Assembly: GCA_035546575.1 (NCBI GenBank)
Contig: DASZWN010000002.1
Span: 32,681-96,680, forward strand
Source: Minisyncoccota bacterium
Lineage (GTDB): Bacteria > Patescibacteriota > Minisyncoccia > Phycocordibacterales > SBAW01
Direction of reading: 5' to 3'
DNA: 64,000 bases
Shown here: positions 28,288-36,472 of the stretch, piece by piece
Layout of the letters: the number at the start of each line of letters is the position of its first letter
Position numbering within the stretch: position 1 is the stretch's first letter
Made by a program: the position numbers and the translations under genes
Notes under the pieces: generated by a model
The model's database searches: none
What the model saw: only the letters and a program-made list of their open reading frames with translations
Told to the model about the DNA's origin: nothing

Positions 28288-28467
28288 ATGAGCAAATCTT
28301 TTAAGAAGCCAGGCAAAGTCCGTGAGACAAAAACGGACAAAAAGGCTCTAAGAACCTTGAAGAAGATTTACGGGGTCAAAACCGATGCAGAAGTCCTCAG
28401 AAGGGTTCTCAGAGTCGCCCTTATCGCCTCACGCTACGCTTTCGCACCAAAAAAGACACTTCACTGA
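28288..28467 (+). CDS. 59-aa small DNA-binding-like protein (ribbon-helix-helix/antitoxin-like), absent from the ORF track
   Basis: AAAGGAGAAG SD 10 nt upstream of the ATG. MSKSFKKPGKVRETKTDKKALRTLKKIYGVKTDAEVLRRVLRVALIASRYAFAPKKTLH, followed by the terminator at 28491-28512. Confidence 0.45.
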   Translation: MSKSFKKPGKVRETKTDKKALRTLKKIYGVKTDAEVLRRVLRVALIASRYAFAPKKTLH

Positions 28468-28490
28468 AACGTCTTTCACTCATAACACTT

Positions 28491-28512
28491 CGCCGGCCAC
28501 TCTGGGCCGGCG
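28491..28512. terminator. Bidirectional hairpin terminator
   Basis: CGCCGGCC-actct-GGGCCGGCG. Confidence 0.55.
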
Positions 28513-28523
28513 ATTATGTTTTA

Positions 28524-29519
28524 TTACCAATCGAGTTCTCCTGTTTTGTATTCGGTAACCCGGGTTTCGAAGAAGTTTTTCTCTTTTGGCATGTCGGCAA
28601 TCTCGGACATCCAAGGGAATGGGTTGTCGACATGATACTGGCGCTCAAGGCCAATGCGCTCAAGGCGGCGGTCTGCCACGTGCTCGACATACTGCTTAAC
28701 CGTGGCCGGCGAGAGGCCCAAGATGCCGCGCGGCAAAGCGTCGTCGGCATATTTTTTCTCAAGCTCGACGCCGTGCTTGATATTGTCGGTAAGCGTCTTC
28801 TTAAATTCAGGCGTCCAGATTGCCGGATTCTCGGCAACGATGGTGTTAATGAGGTCGGCGCCAAAGGCCAAGTGCACCGACTCATCGCGAAGGATAAACT
28901 GGAACTGCTCGCCAATGCCCACCATACGATTTTTGCGCAGCAAGGAGAGCATCATTGCAAAGCCTGCGTAAAAGAAGATGCCTTCCATGATCACGTAAAA
29001 GCCCACGAGGTCGTGTACGAACTTCTGGATATTCTCGGTGCCGACGGTCGTAAAGTTCGGGTCAAACACCGACTTGGTGATATTGGTTACAAACTCGTCC
29101 TTCTCGTTGATCGAGGGGATAGTTTGATACATGTTGTAGATCTCGTCGGGGTTGAGGCCGAGCGTGTCGCAGCAATAGATAAAGGTGTCGGTATGCACGG
29201 CCTCTTCGTACGCCTGGCGCAGAAGGTATTGGCGCGACTCCGGGTTGGTGATGTGGCGATAGATTGCGAGCACTAGGTTGTTTGCGGTGAGAGATTCTGC
29301 GGTCGAGAAGAACCCGAGGTTCCACATGATCATGCGGCGCTCGTCTTCGCTCAATGCGCCCGGCTTCTTCCATAGCTCAACATCTTGCTGCATCGAGACT
29401 TCTTCCGGAACCCAATTATTTGCAACGCCCTTTTTATAATGCGTACGTGCCCACGGATACTTCATCGGAAGTATCTTGTTCGGATCGGTCGTTGATGCCC
29501 CGTTTATAATTCCTGCCAT
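28524..29519 (-). CDS. nrdB: Ribonucleotide reductase class Ia small subunit
   Basis: Ferritin-like di-iron site EEAVH...DESVHLAF; downstream of nrdA on the same strand. Confidence 0.9.
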   Translation of the reverse strand: MAGIINGASTTDPNKILPMKYPWARTHYKKGVANNWVPEEVSMQQDVELWKKPGALSEDERRMIMWNLGFFSTAESLTANNLVLAIYRHITNPESRQYLLRQAYEEAVHTDTFIYCCDTLGLNPDEIYNMYQTIPSINEKDEFVTNITKSVFDPNFTTVGTENIQKFVHDLVGFYVIMEGIFFYAGFAMMLSLLRKNRMVGIGEQFQFILRDESVHLAFGADLINTIVAENPAIWTPEFKKTLTDNIKHGVELEKKYADDALPRGILGLSPATVKQYVEHVADRRLERIGLERQYHVDNPFPWMSEIADMPKEKNFFETRVTEYKTGELDW

Positions 29520-29589
29520 AGGAGATCAATTTTACTTCCGTATCCTTGAGAGTGGAAGTGGATTGGTACCTATAAAACACACGTCATTA

Positions 29590-29620
29590 AAAACAAGACC
29601 CCTTTTGTGGGGTCTTGTTT
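29590..29620. terminator. Hairpin immediately after the nrdA stop, between nrdA and nrdB
   Basis: AAAACAAGACCCC-ttttgt-GGGGTCTTGTTTT. Confidence 0.45.
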
Positions 29621-29622
29621 TC

Positions 29623-32600
29623 TTACGCGGAGCAGGACTCGCAGGCTTCGCCTATTATTTCTATTTTCGGCCTATTCGTAGGCGCTGTAATCGGCTCTTG
29701 GCCGAAGCTTGGAATGCCTGCCTTGCCGGTAGGCAGGCCAGATGATACTTTGGGCGTCTCTTGGGCTACAGCGGCTTCTGTACGCATCTGGGGGGCAATA
29801 GCGGTGGCTACAGTTGCCTGTGCATACACCATCTCACTCTGGCCCTGGGCATTTTGCGACATGATTATCGGCGAGGGGATTGAGCCTTGCCTACCGGTAG
29901 GCAGGCCCATAGTCGAGGTGATAGACACGGTTTCCTCAATAATGACCGACGACGGCGTAGAGCCCTGGTTTGAGGCTACTGCGGTCTCGGTCTTGCTGGT
30001 GCCGCCGAATTTAGCCAGGTTGACAGTCGACTTTTCGGTGCGGGAAGCGCCCATAGTGCGTAGGTAGTAGGTGGTCTTAAGGCCCAGGTTCCATGCGTAT
30101 TGATAGATGTCGGAGAGGACCTTGCCCGATGTGCCGCTATAGAAGATGTTGAGGCTCTGGCTCATGTCTATCCAGCGGCCGCGGTATGCGGCAGCCTTAA
30201 TAAGCCACTGCGGCTCGATCTCGAACACCTCTTTGTACTTGTCGCGGATTGAAAGCGGGATCTCGGTGATAGCTTGTACGGAGCCGTCGTGATATTTGAT
30301 CTTCTCGAGCATGTCGGCGTTCCATAAGCCAAGCTTTTTGAGGTCATCTACCAAGTATTCGTTCACTACCATGAAGTCGCCCGCCATGTTGCTCTTTACA
30401 TAAATGTTTTTGTAGATCGGCTCGATGGTCGGGTAGCAGCCGGCAATGTTTGCAGTGGTTGCCGTTGGTGCGTGCGCCATGGTGTTTGAGTTGCGCATGC
30501 CCCACTGGCGTACGGCCTCGCGCACTAAGCGCCAATCAAGCGTCTCGTGGCGCGGAACGTCGATCTTAAGCCCACGCTCAGCCTCAAGCAATGCAAGTGT
30601 GTCTTGCGGCAAGATTCCACGGCTCCATTTAGAACCCGGGTAGGTCTCGTAGGTGCCGCGCTCCTTGGCCAAGAGGCTGGAAGAGAGGATCGCATGATAG
30701 GAGATCGCCTCTTGCGACTCGTCCGAGAAACGCACTGCCTCGTCGGAGTTAAAGTTGATACCCATCTTATAGAGGGCGTCCTGGAGGCCGCGCAAGCCAA
30801 GACCAACCGGACGATGCTTCATGTTAGAAGCTTTTGTCTTTTCGGTCGGGTAGTAGTTGATGTCGATCACGTTGTCGAGCATGCGCATCGCAACCGGCAC
30901 CACGCGCGCTACAAGGTCGCGGTCGAATTTGCCATTGGTAACAAACGCAGCCATGTTGATCGAGCCAAGATTGCATACCGCAGTTTCGGTAGCAGAAGAG
31001 TTGAGCGTAATCTCGGTGCAGAGGTTAGAAGAGTGCACCACGCCGACGTGGTCCTGAGGAGAGCGGATATTTGAAGGGTCCTTCCAGGTGATCCACGGGT
31101 GGCCGGTCTCAAAGAGCATCGTAAGGTGCTTCTTCCAGAGTTCTGAGGCGCGTACCTTCTTAAACATCGGGATAGTGCCTGCCTCGGCCATCTTTTCGTA
31201 CTCCTCGTAACGGGCCTCAAACTTGCGGCCGTAGAGGTCGTGGAGGTCCGGTACATCAGACGGCGAGAACAGCGTCCAGTAGCCATCCTCCTGAAGGCGC
31301 TTCATAAAGAGGTCGGGGATCCAGGTCGAGGTATTGAGGTCGTGCGTACGACGGCGCTCATCGCCCGTATTCTTTTTGAGCTCGATAAAGTCCTCGATGT
31401 CGGCATGCCAATACTCGAGATATACCGCGGCGGCACCGCGGCGGCGGCCAGAGCGGTTGATCGATATAGTGACGTCGTTGGCGATCTTGAGGAACGGGAT
31501 CACGCCTTGGCTCTCGACGCCGGTCTTTTTAACCAAGGAGCCAGTTGCGCGAACAGGCGTCCAGTCGGAGCCGATGCCGCCCGCATACTTAAGGAGCTGG
31601 GCGCTGTCGGAATACTCTTTAAAGATAGCGTGGAGGTCGTCCGGCACGGTAGAGAGGAAGCAGCTCGAGAGTTGCGGGAACATGAGTCCGGCGTGGTAGA
31701 GCGTAGGCGAGGATGGCATGTACTGCATCGCAGACATGATCTCGTAAAATTCTACCGCCTGGGCATTGCGCTCCTCGGGCGTTTTTTCTGCAAGCGCACA
31801 GCCCATCGCAACGCGCATCCAGAAGATCTGCGGAGTCTCAAGAAGCTTACGAGTACCGTGCTCTTTGGAGAGGTAGTTCGCCTGGAGGGTCTGGAGGCCG
31901 AGATATTTGAAGTCGCGGTCGCGCTCCGGCTGGAGCGCATCGGCGAGCTTGTGCAAATCAAACTCGCGCATCTTTGGGTCGAACTGGCCGATTGCAACGC
32001 CGCGCTCAATCGTATCAAGGAATCCTTTTTTATATGCGTCTTCGAGTTGCGCATAGTCGGTGTCACTACCAAATACATCGGTGTACATGGACTGCAAAAG
32101 CAACCGTGCGGCAACCATCGAGTTTGCAGGATCGCGCTCGATAAACGAACGCACTACCATGATAAGCACCTCGTGAATGTCGCGTGTTTTGATACCCTCG
32201 TGCATCTCCTGGCGCACGCGGCTGATGATCGATGGTACGTCTATAACACGGTCGTAACCCTGCGCTGCGCGAAGTAAGGTGCGGGTAAGCTTGCTCTCAG
32301 AAAATGGCTCTCTAGAGCCGTTCCTCTTAGTTACAAAAAGAGCGTTTTCGGTGATTTTTTCGGCAATCTCCTGCTTTTTTTCAGCACGGATCTTTTCGTG
32401 CTCGTAGCGGTAAATGATGTACGCTTTAGCGACGTTAAAATAGCCCTTTTCAGCAATTCCGTTTTCAACCAGATCCTGGATTTCTTCAACGGTTGGAATG
32501 TGCGCGGTGTTTCCGAATTTTGCGTCGATGGCATCAACGACGGTGCGCGTGATTTCTCCGGCCTCGATCTCGTGCGAGTCGCCGAGTGTACCGGCAAATG

Positions 32601-32685
32601 CTCTTTTTATGACGACCTCGATTTTACTTGGATTAAAATCGACGATCTCACCGTTCCTCTTTTTAATTTTTTGAGTGATTGCCAT
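29623..32685 (-). CDS. nrdA: Ribonucleotide reductase class Ia large subunit with an ATP cone and a roughly 150-aa low-complexity insertion before the C-terminal Cys pair
   Basis: ATP cone (MAITQKIKKRNGEIVDFNPSKIE), NLCTEITL, and the ORF ends ...GEACESCSA (C-terminal redox cysteines). The tail contains two palindromic repeat copies. Confidence 0.9.
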   Translation of the reverse strand: MAITQKIKKRNGEIVDFNPSKIEVVIKRAFAGTLGDSHEIEAGEITRTVVDAIDAKFGNTAHIPTVEEIQDLVENGIAEKGYFNVAKAYIIYRYEHEKIRAEKKQEIAEKITENALFVTKRNGSREPFSESKLTRTLLRAAQGYDRVIDVPSIISRVRQEMHEGIKTRDIHEVLIMVVRSFIERDPANSMVAARLLLQSMYTDVFGSDTDYAQLEDAYKKGFLDTIERGVAIGQFDPKMREFDLHKLADALQPERDRDFKYLGLQTLQANYLSKEHGTRKLLETPQIFWMRVAMGCALAEKTPEERNAQAVEFYEIMSAMQYMPSSPTLYHAGLMFPQLSSCFLSTVPDDLHAIFKEYSDSAQLLKYAGGIGSDWTPVRATGSLVKKTGVESQGVIPFLKIANDVTISINRSGRRRGAAAVYLEYWHADIEDFIELKKNTGDERRRTHDLNTSTWIPDLFMKRLQEDGYWTLFSPSDVPDLHDLYGRKFEARYEEYEKMAEAGTIPMFKKVRASELWKKHLTMLFETGHPWITWKDPSNIRSPQDHVGVVHSSNLCTEITLNSSATETAVCNLGSINMAAFVTNGKFDRDLVARVVPVAMRMLDNVIDINYYPTEKTKASNMKHRPVGLGLRGLQDALYKMGINFNSDEAVRFSDESQEAISYHAILSSSLLAKERGTYETYPGSKWSRGILPQDTLALLEAERGLKIDVPRHETLDWRLVREAVRQWGMRNSNTMAHAPTATTANIAGCYPTIEPIYKNIYVKSNMAGDFMVVNEYLVDDLKKLGLWNADMLEKIKYHDGSVQAITEIPLSIRDKYKEVFEIEPQWLIKAAAYRGRWIDMSQSLNIFYSGTSGKVLSDIYQYAWNLGLKTTYYLRTMGASRTEKSTVNLAKFGGTSKTETAVASNQGSTPSSVIIEETVSITSTMGLPTGRQGSIPSPIIMSQNAQGQSEMVYAQATVATAIAPQMRTEAAVAQETPKVSSGLPTGKAGIPSFGQEPITAPTNRPKIEIIGEACESCSA
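29716..29737. repeat. Palindromic repeat element, copy 2, inside the nrdA tail
   Basis: Identical 22-mer GCCTGCCTTGCCGGTAGGCAGG; on the nrdA strand it encodes GLPTGKAG. Confidence 0.5.
29884..29906. repeat. Palindromic repeat element, copy 3 (variant), inside the nrdA tail
   Basis: GCCTTGCCTACCGGTAGGCAGGC shares the 12-mer CCGGTAGGCAGG; encodes GLPTGRQG. Confidence 0.45.
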
Positions 32686-32871
32686 ATTCCCAGACGCGCG
32701 TTACACCAATAAAATTGTATCTTTCCCAACCCTGAGTCAGAGTAATAAGTATAGCTCTTTCGAGTTTGATCGACGCATGAAAAAGTTGATTTGTGTGTGC
32801 ACAAGCAAGTCGAAAACTTTTCTCCAAAAAATCAACACACAGCTGCCAAAAATCCTTGCTTTTTCATGAAT

Positions 32872-32901
32872 AAAACCGCTTTTTGATAAAAAAGCGGTTT
32901 T
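32872..32901. terminator. Intrinsic terminator after the Gmad2-like gene
   Basis: AAAACCGCTTTTTGATAAAAAAGCGGTTTT. Confidence 0.55.
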
Positions 32902-32935
32902 ATTAGGGGTCTATTTCCCACTTTGGGACTGAAAT

Positions 32936-33382
32936 TTAAAAGGTGATGGGGAGGTCGAAATGCTTCTCATTTGCAGGCTCGCCGGACGGATTGTCGTTAC
33001 GCAGCCGAATAGTGCCTGTTTTGCCCGCGCCTGGCGAGGTAAATGATACGACTGCCTTAAACGGCACCCAATCTGGTGTCATCCAGTCGCTTTGTGCCTC
33101 GGCGTGGCCTTGTCCTATGACGTTGCCGTTTTGGTCGAGAATATCGATAGGGAAGCTCGCCTCAAAGTAATATCCTTTTGCCTCGCCCACAATAGTGACC
33201 GGCGAGGTGATGGTTGCCTTTGGCGCCGGGCTCGAGACAGAGACATTCTCGTTACCGGTAGGGATAGTGGTATCGGGGTTGCTGTTAGTGGGCGCTTTTG
33301 CCTGAGGCGCAAAGAGATACATGCCTCCCACTACCAGAATTACTACTACTATCGCAATACCAATAGTTGTCCCATTTTTCAT
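32936..33382 (-). CDS. Membrane-anchored Ig-like (Gmad2-type) domain protein
   Basis: The start was set at internal ATG 33382 (MKNGTTIGIAIVVVILVVGG is a TM anchor). The C-terminus is beta-rich, GYYFEASFPIDILDQNGNVIGQGHAEAQ. Confidence 0.5.
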   Translation of the reverse strand: MKNGTTIGIAIVVVILVVGGMYLFAPQAKAPTNSNPDTTIPTGNENVSVSSPAPKATITSPVTIVGEAKGYYFEASFPIDILDQNGNVIGQGHAEAQSDWMTPDWVPFKAVVSFTSPGAGKTGTIRLRNDNPSGEPANEKHFDLPITF

Positions 33383-33464
33383 ACTATATATAGTGCACCG
33401 ATTCCGGGGCTTGTAAAGGCCAAAAGACCTAGACAAGTTCTGCGGTTTTAGTATAACGAGGCGG

Positions 33465-34709
33465 ATGCCGCCCATCGCACACACGGGGGCGCACCTGGGA
33501 CGCAGCATAGAAGAGGAGCTCAAGCGGGGAGAGAATATCTCTATCATTTCGCTCGTGGACAACCTGGTAGGCCACGCGCACGCCCTGCGCGCCTCTGACA
33601 TTCATATCGATCCGACGCATACGGAGGTCCGCGTGCGTTTGCGTGTCGACGGCGTACTCCAAGACTCCTACGTCATTCCTAAGGCAATCCACCAAGAGGT
33701 CATCTCTCGTATCAAAGTGCTAGCGGGCCTGCGTACCGATGAGCATCAGGCAACCCAGGACGGCCGCCTGCGCCATATATTGCCAGTCACCGGCGAGCAT
33801 ATCGATATCCGCGTTTCGGTGGTGCCGACCTACCATGGCGAGAACGTGGTAATGCGCCTTCTTACGAGCCATGCGGCTGGGTTTACCCTCGAGGACTTTG
33901 GCTTTGCCGCAGCAGATAGAGAAAAGATAGAGGGAGCTATCAAGCGCCCCTCGGGTATGATCCTCTCGACCGGCCCCACCGGTTCGGGCAAAACCACAAC
34001 GCTCTACACGCTTTTGCGCCAGCTCAACACCAAAGAGGTCTCTATTGTTACGATTGAGGACCCTATCGAGTACGCGGTACACGGGGTCAAGCAAATACAA
34101 GTAAACGCCCGTACCGGCCTCACTTTTGCCACCGGCCTGCGCTCTATTTTGCGCCAAGACCCAAACATCATCATGGTGGGCGAGATCCGCGACCCAGAAA
34201 CGGCCGGCATCGCTATCAATACCGCCCTCACCGGCCACCTGCTCCTCTCTACCGTGCATACCAATGATGCCGCGACAACCTTGCCGCGGCTCCTTGATAT
34301 GGGTATCGATGCCTATCTGGTGGCATCAACGATTGCAGTCGCGATAGGGCAGCGCCTCGTGCGCCGGATCTGTCCCAACTGCAAGGAAGAGGTCAAGATT
34401 TCGAGCGAGCAGGCAGAACTGCTTTCGCGATTTAGTTTGCGCAAGAAAATTAAGGAAGGCGAGACGTTTTATAAGGGCCGGGGTTGCGAGAGCTGCCTCA
34501 TGAGCGGCTACTCGGGCCGCGTTTGCATTAACGAGGTGCTTGCGGCCGACGACGACATTCGCGCGGCGATCATGCGCTCGGCATCGTCAAGCGAGCTTAA
34601 GGCTGTGGCGGTTAAAAATGGCATGACCACCATGCTTGAGGACGGTTTTGAAAAGGCTAGAGCGGGCGATACCACCGTTGAGGAAGTATTACGAGTTGTG
34701 TACGAATAA
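33465..34709 (+). CDS. pilB: Type IV pilus assembly ATPase PilB (GspE family)
   Basis: Walker A GPTGSGKTTT, VTIEDPIEY, MVGEIRD, and the tetracysteine CPNC...CESC motif. Confidence 0.9.
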   Translation: MPPIAHTGAHLGRSIEEELKRGENISIISLVDNLVGHAHALRASDIHIDPTHTEVRVRLRVDGVLQDSYVIPKAIHQEVISRIKVLAGLRTDEHQATQDGRLRHILPVTGEHIDIRVSVVPTYHGENVVMRLLTSHAAGFTLEDFGFAAADREKIEGAIKRPSGMILSTGPTGSGKTTTLYTLLRQLNTKEVSIVTIEDPIEYAVHGVKQIQVNARTGLTFATGLRSILRQDPNIIMVGEIRDPETAGIAINTALTGHLLLSTVHTNDAATTLPRLLDMGIDAYLVASTIAVAIGQRLVRRICPNCKEEVKISSEQAELLSRFSLRKKIKEGETFYKGRGCESCLMSGYSGRVCINEVLAADDDIRAAIMRSASSSELKAVAVKNGMTTMLEDGFEKARAGDTTVEEVLRVVYE

Positions 34710-34710
34710 T

Positions 34711-35970
34711 ATGAGCCGGAAAAAAATAGAAAATCCCGCCGAGTTGGTCGCGTACATTGGTTCCTTCTTGCCGTCGCTCCCAAAGCGCCGTCCAACCGCT
34801 TCTTCAGGAGGAATGCTCGCCGGCTCTGCTATGGCATTGCCCATGGAGGACATCGAGATTCCTGCACAGCCAGTTGAAAAAAAGCCGCGCAAGCCGCTAT
34901 TTTCTGGTTTGAGCCTTGGGGGTGCCCGTTTTACCCTTAAAGATCAAGTCTTTTTTGCCAAGCGACTTTCATTTTTAATCAATGCTGGTGTGCCGCTTAT
35001 CGAGGGCCTCCATATCATGCGCGACCAATCCAAGGGCCGCGCGCAGCGGCGCATGCTCGAGCGGGTGATCGAAGATGTATCAAGCGGCCAGACGCTTTCA
35101 AAAAGTTTTGCAAAATTTCCAAAAGTATTTGGTGACTTTACGGTCTCAATCCTTAAAGTAGGCGAGAGTTCGGGCACGCTCTCGCAAAGCCTTACCTATT
35201 TGGCCGAGGAACTCAAGAAAAAGCAGGTGCTTCGCCGCAAAATGGTCGGGGCCTTCGTGTATCCGGCGGTAATCACCGTGGCAACGCTCGGCATCACGGC
35301 ATTTCTGATGCTCTACCTTTTCCCAAAGATCATGCCGATCTTTGCATCTCTCCATACGCAGCTGCCGCTCTCAACCCGCATGGTGATGGGCACCAGCGTC
35401 TTTTTGCAGCACTGGGGAGTTGCGGCCATGTTTGGATTCATTGTGTTTATAATCGTATTGCTTATCTGTGTTAAAAAGATTTCCCGCTTCCATTTGTTTA
35501 TGGACGGTCTTGTGCTGCGGCTCCCGGTCGTGGGCTCTGTTGTGCGTTACTATAACGTCGCAAATACCAGCCGCACGTTCGGACTCTTGCTTAAAAGCGG
35601 CATCAAACTCTCCGAGGCTACCGTTATAACCGCTGAGACCACTCGCAACTTGGTGTATCGCCGGCAATTTAACCATTTAACCGAGGTTGTCAACCGGGGG
35701 GAGCGCCTCTCTGCATACCTGCGCCGGCACGAAGCACAGTTCCCGACTATTTTTGGGCACATGGTTGCGGTGGGCGAACGCTCGGGCTCACTTTCGGAGA
35801 CTCTGGTGTATCTCTCGGAGCTCTACGAGCACGAGGTCGATGAGTTTACAAAAAATATTTCGACTCTGATCGAGCCCGCACTCATGATCGTGATGGGTCT
35901 GGTGGTAGGCTTTATCGCTATTTCGATCATCACTCCGATTTATGGCATCACGCAAAACCTCCACGGGTAG
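34711..35970 (+). CDS. pilC: Type IV pilus platform protein PilC (GspF family)
   Basis: Two GspF-type repeats with polytopic TM segments. The ATG at 34711 directly follows the pilB stop. Confidence 0.85.
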   Translation: MSRKKIENPAELVAYIGSFLPSLPKRRPTASSGGMLAGSAMALPMEDIEIPAQPVEKKPRKPLFSGLSLGGARFTLKDQVFFAKRLSFLINAGVPLIEGLHIMRDQSKGRAQRRMLERVIEDVSSGQTLSKSFAKFPKVFGDFTVSILKVGESSGTLSQSLTYLAEELKKKQVLRRKMVGAFVYPAVITVATLGITAFLMLYLFPKIMPIFASLHTQLPLSTRMVMGTSVFLQHWGVAAMFGFIVFIIVLLICVKKISRFHLFMDGLVLRLPVVGSVVRYYNVANTSRTFGLLLKSGIKLSEATVITAETTRNLVYRRQFNHLTEVVNRGERLSAYLRRHEAQFPTIFGHMVAVGERSGSLSETLVYLSELYEHEVDEFTKNISTLIEPALMIVMGLVVGFIAISIITPIYGITQNLHG

Positions 35971-36469
35971 GAGCTTGCCCCGACAATCAAGCAGAGGGTT
36001 TACCCTCATCGAGATCGTCGTCGTGATGGGTCTTTTGGCGGTTGTGGGAGGCGTCACGCTCATTGTGAGTATGGACAGCTTCCGCGGATATACCTTCCGG
36101 AGCGAGGTATCAACACTCACCGCGGTGCTCCAAAAAGCCCGCAGCCAGGCCGTCAATAACATGTGCTTTGGCGCCGGGTGCACCAACGGCAAGCCGCATG
36201 GCATACATATCGAGGGCAACACGTACACGATCTTTCAAGGTGCCTCATATGCTGCGCGCGACCAGGCGCAAGATGAAATGATAACGCCGCAGAGCAAGGC
36301 GGTGACGCTTAGCGGCATAACCGATGTTGTGTTTACCGAGCTCTCGGGTGCTGCGGCAACGCTGCCATCGGGCGCCCCGGCGATTATTCTTTCTGACAAC
36401 GCGGGCAAGACATCAAGCGTGAGTATAAACGCAGAAGGGCGCATCTGCGCGGACGCAGCTAGTTGTTAA
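35942..36469 (+). CDS. Prepilin-type minor pilin or pseudopilin
   Basis: Class III signal ...SRG/FTLIEIVVVMGLLAV. The long leader suggests an alternative downstream start (TTG near 35983) is possible. Confidence 0.65.
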   Translation: MASRKTSTGRSLPRQSSRGFTLIEIVVVMGLLAVVGGVTLIVSMDSFRGYTFRSEVSTLTAVLQKARSQAVNNMCFGAGCTNGKPHGIHIEGNTYTIFQGASYAARDQAQDEMITPQSKAVTLSGITDVVFTELSGAAATLPSGAPAIILSDNAGKTSSVSINAEGRICADAASC

Positions 36470-36472
36470 GGT

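Noticed and set aside
32686-32870. NrdR boxes upstream of nrdAB.
   Set aside because: I found TTGTGTGTGCACAAG-like palindromes but nothing matching the AT-centred 16-bp NrdR consensus at tandem spacing, and no nrdR gene is in the window.
35942-35970. 29-nt overlap of the first pilin-like gene with pilC and its 18-aa prepilin leader.
   Set aside because: This could reflect an alternative TTG start giving a canonical short leader. Either way the prepilin motif is intact, so the gene call stands.
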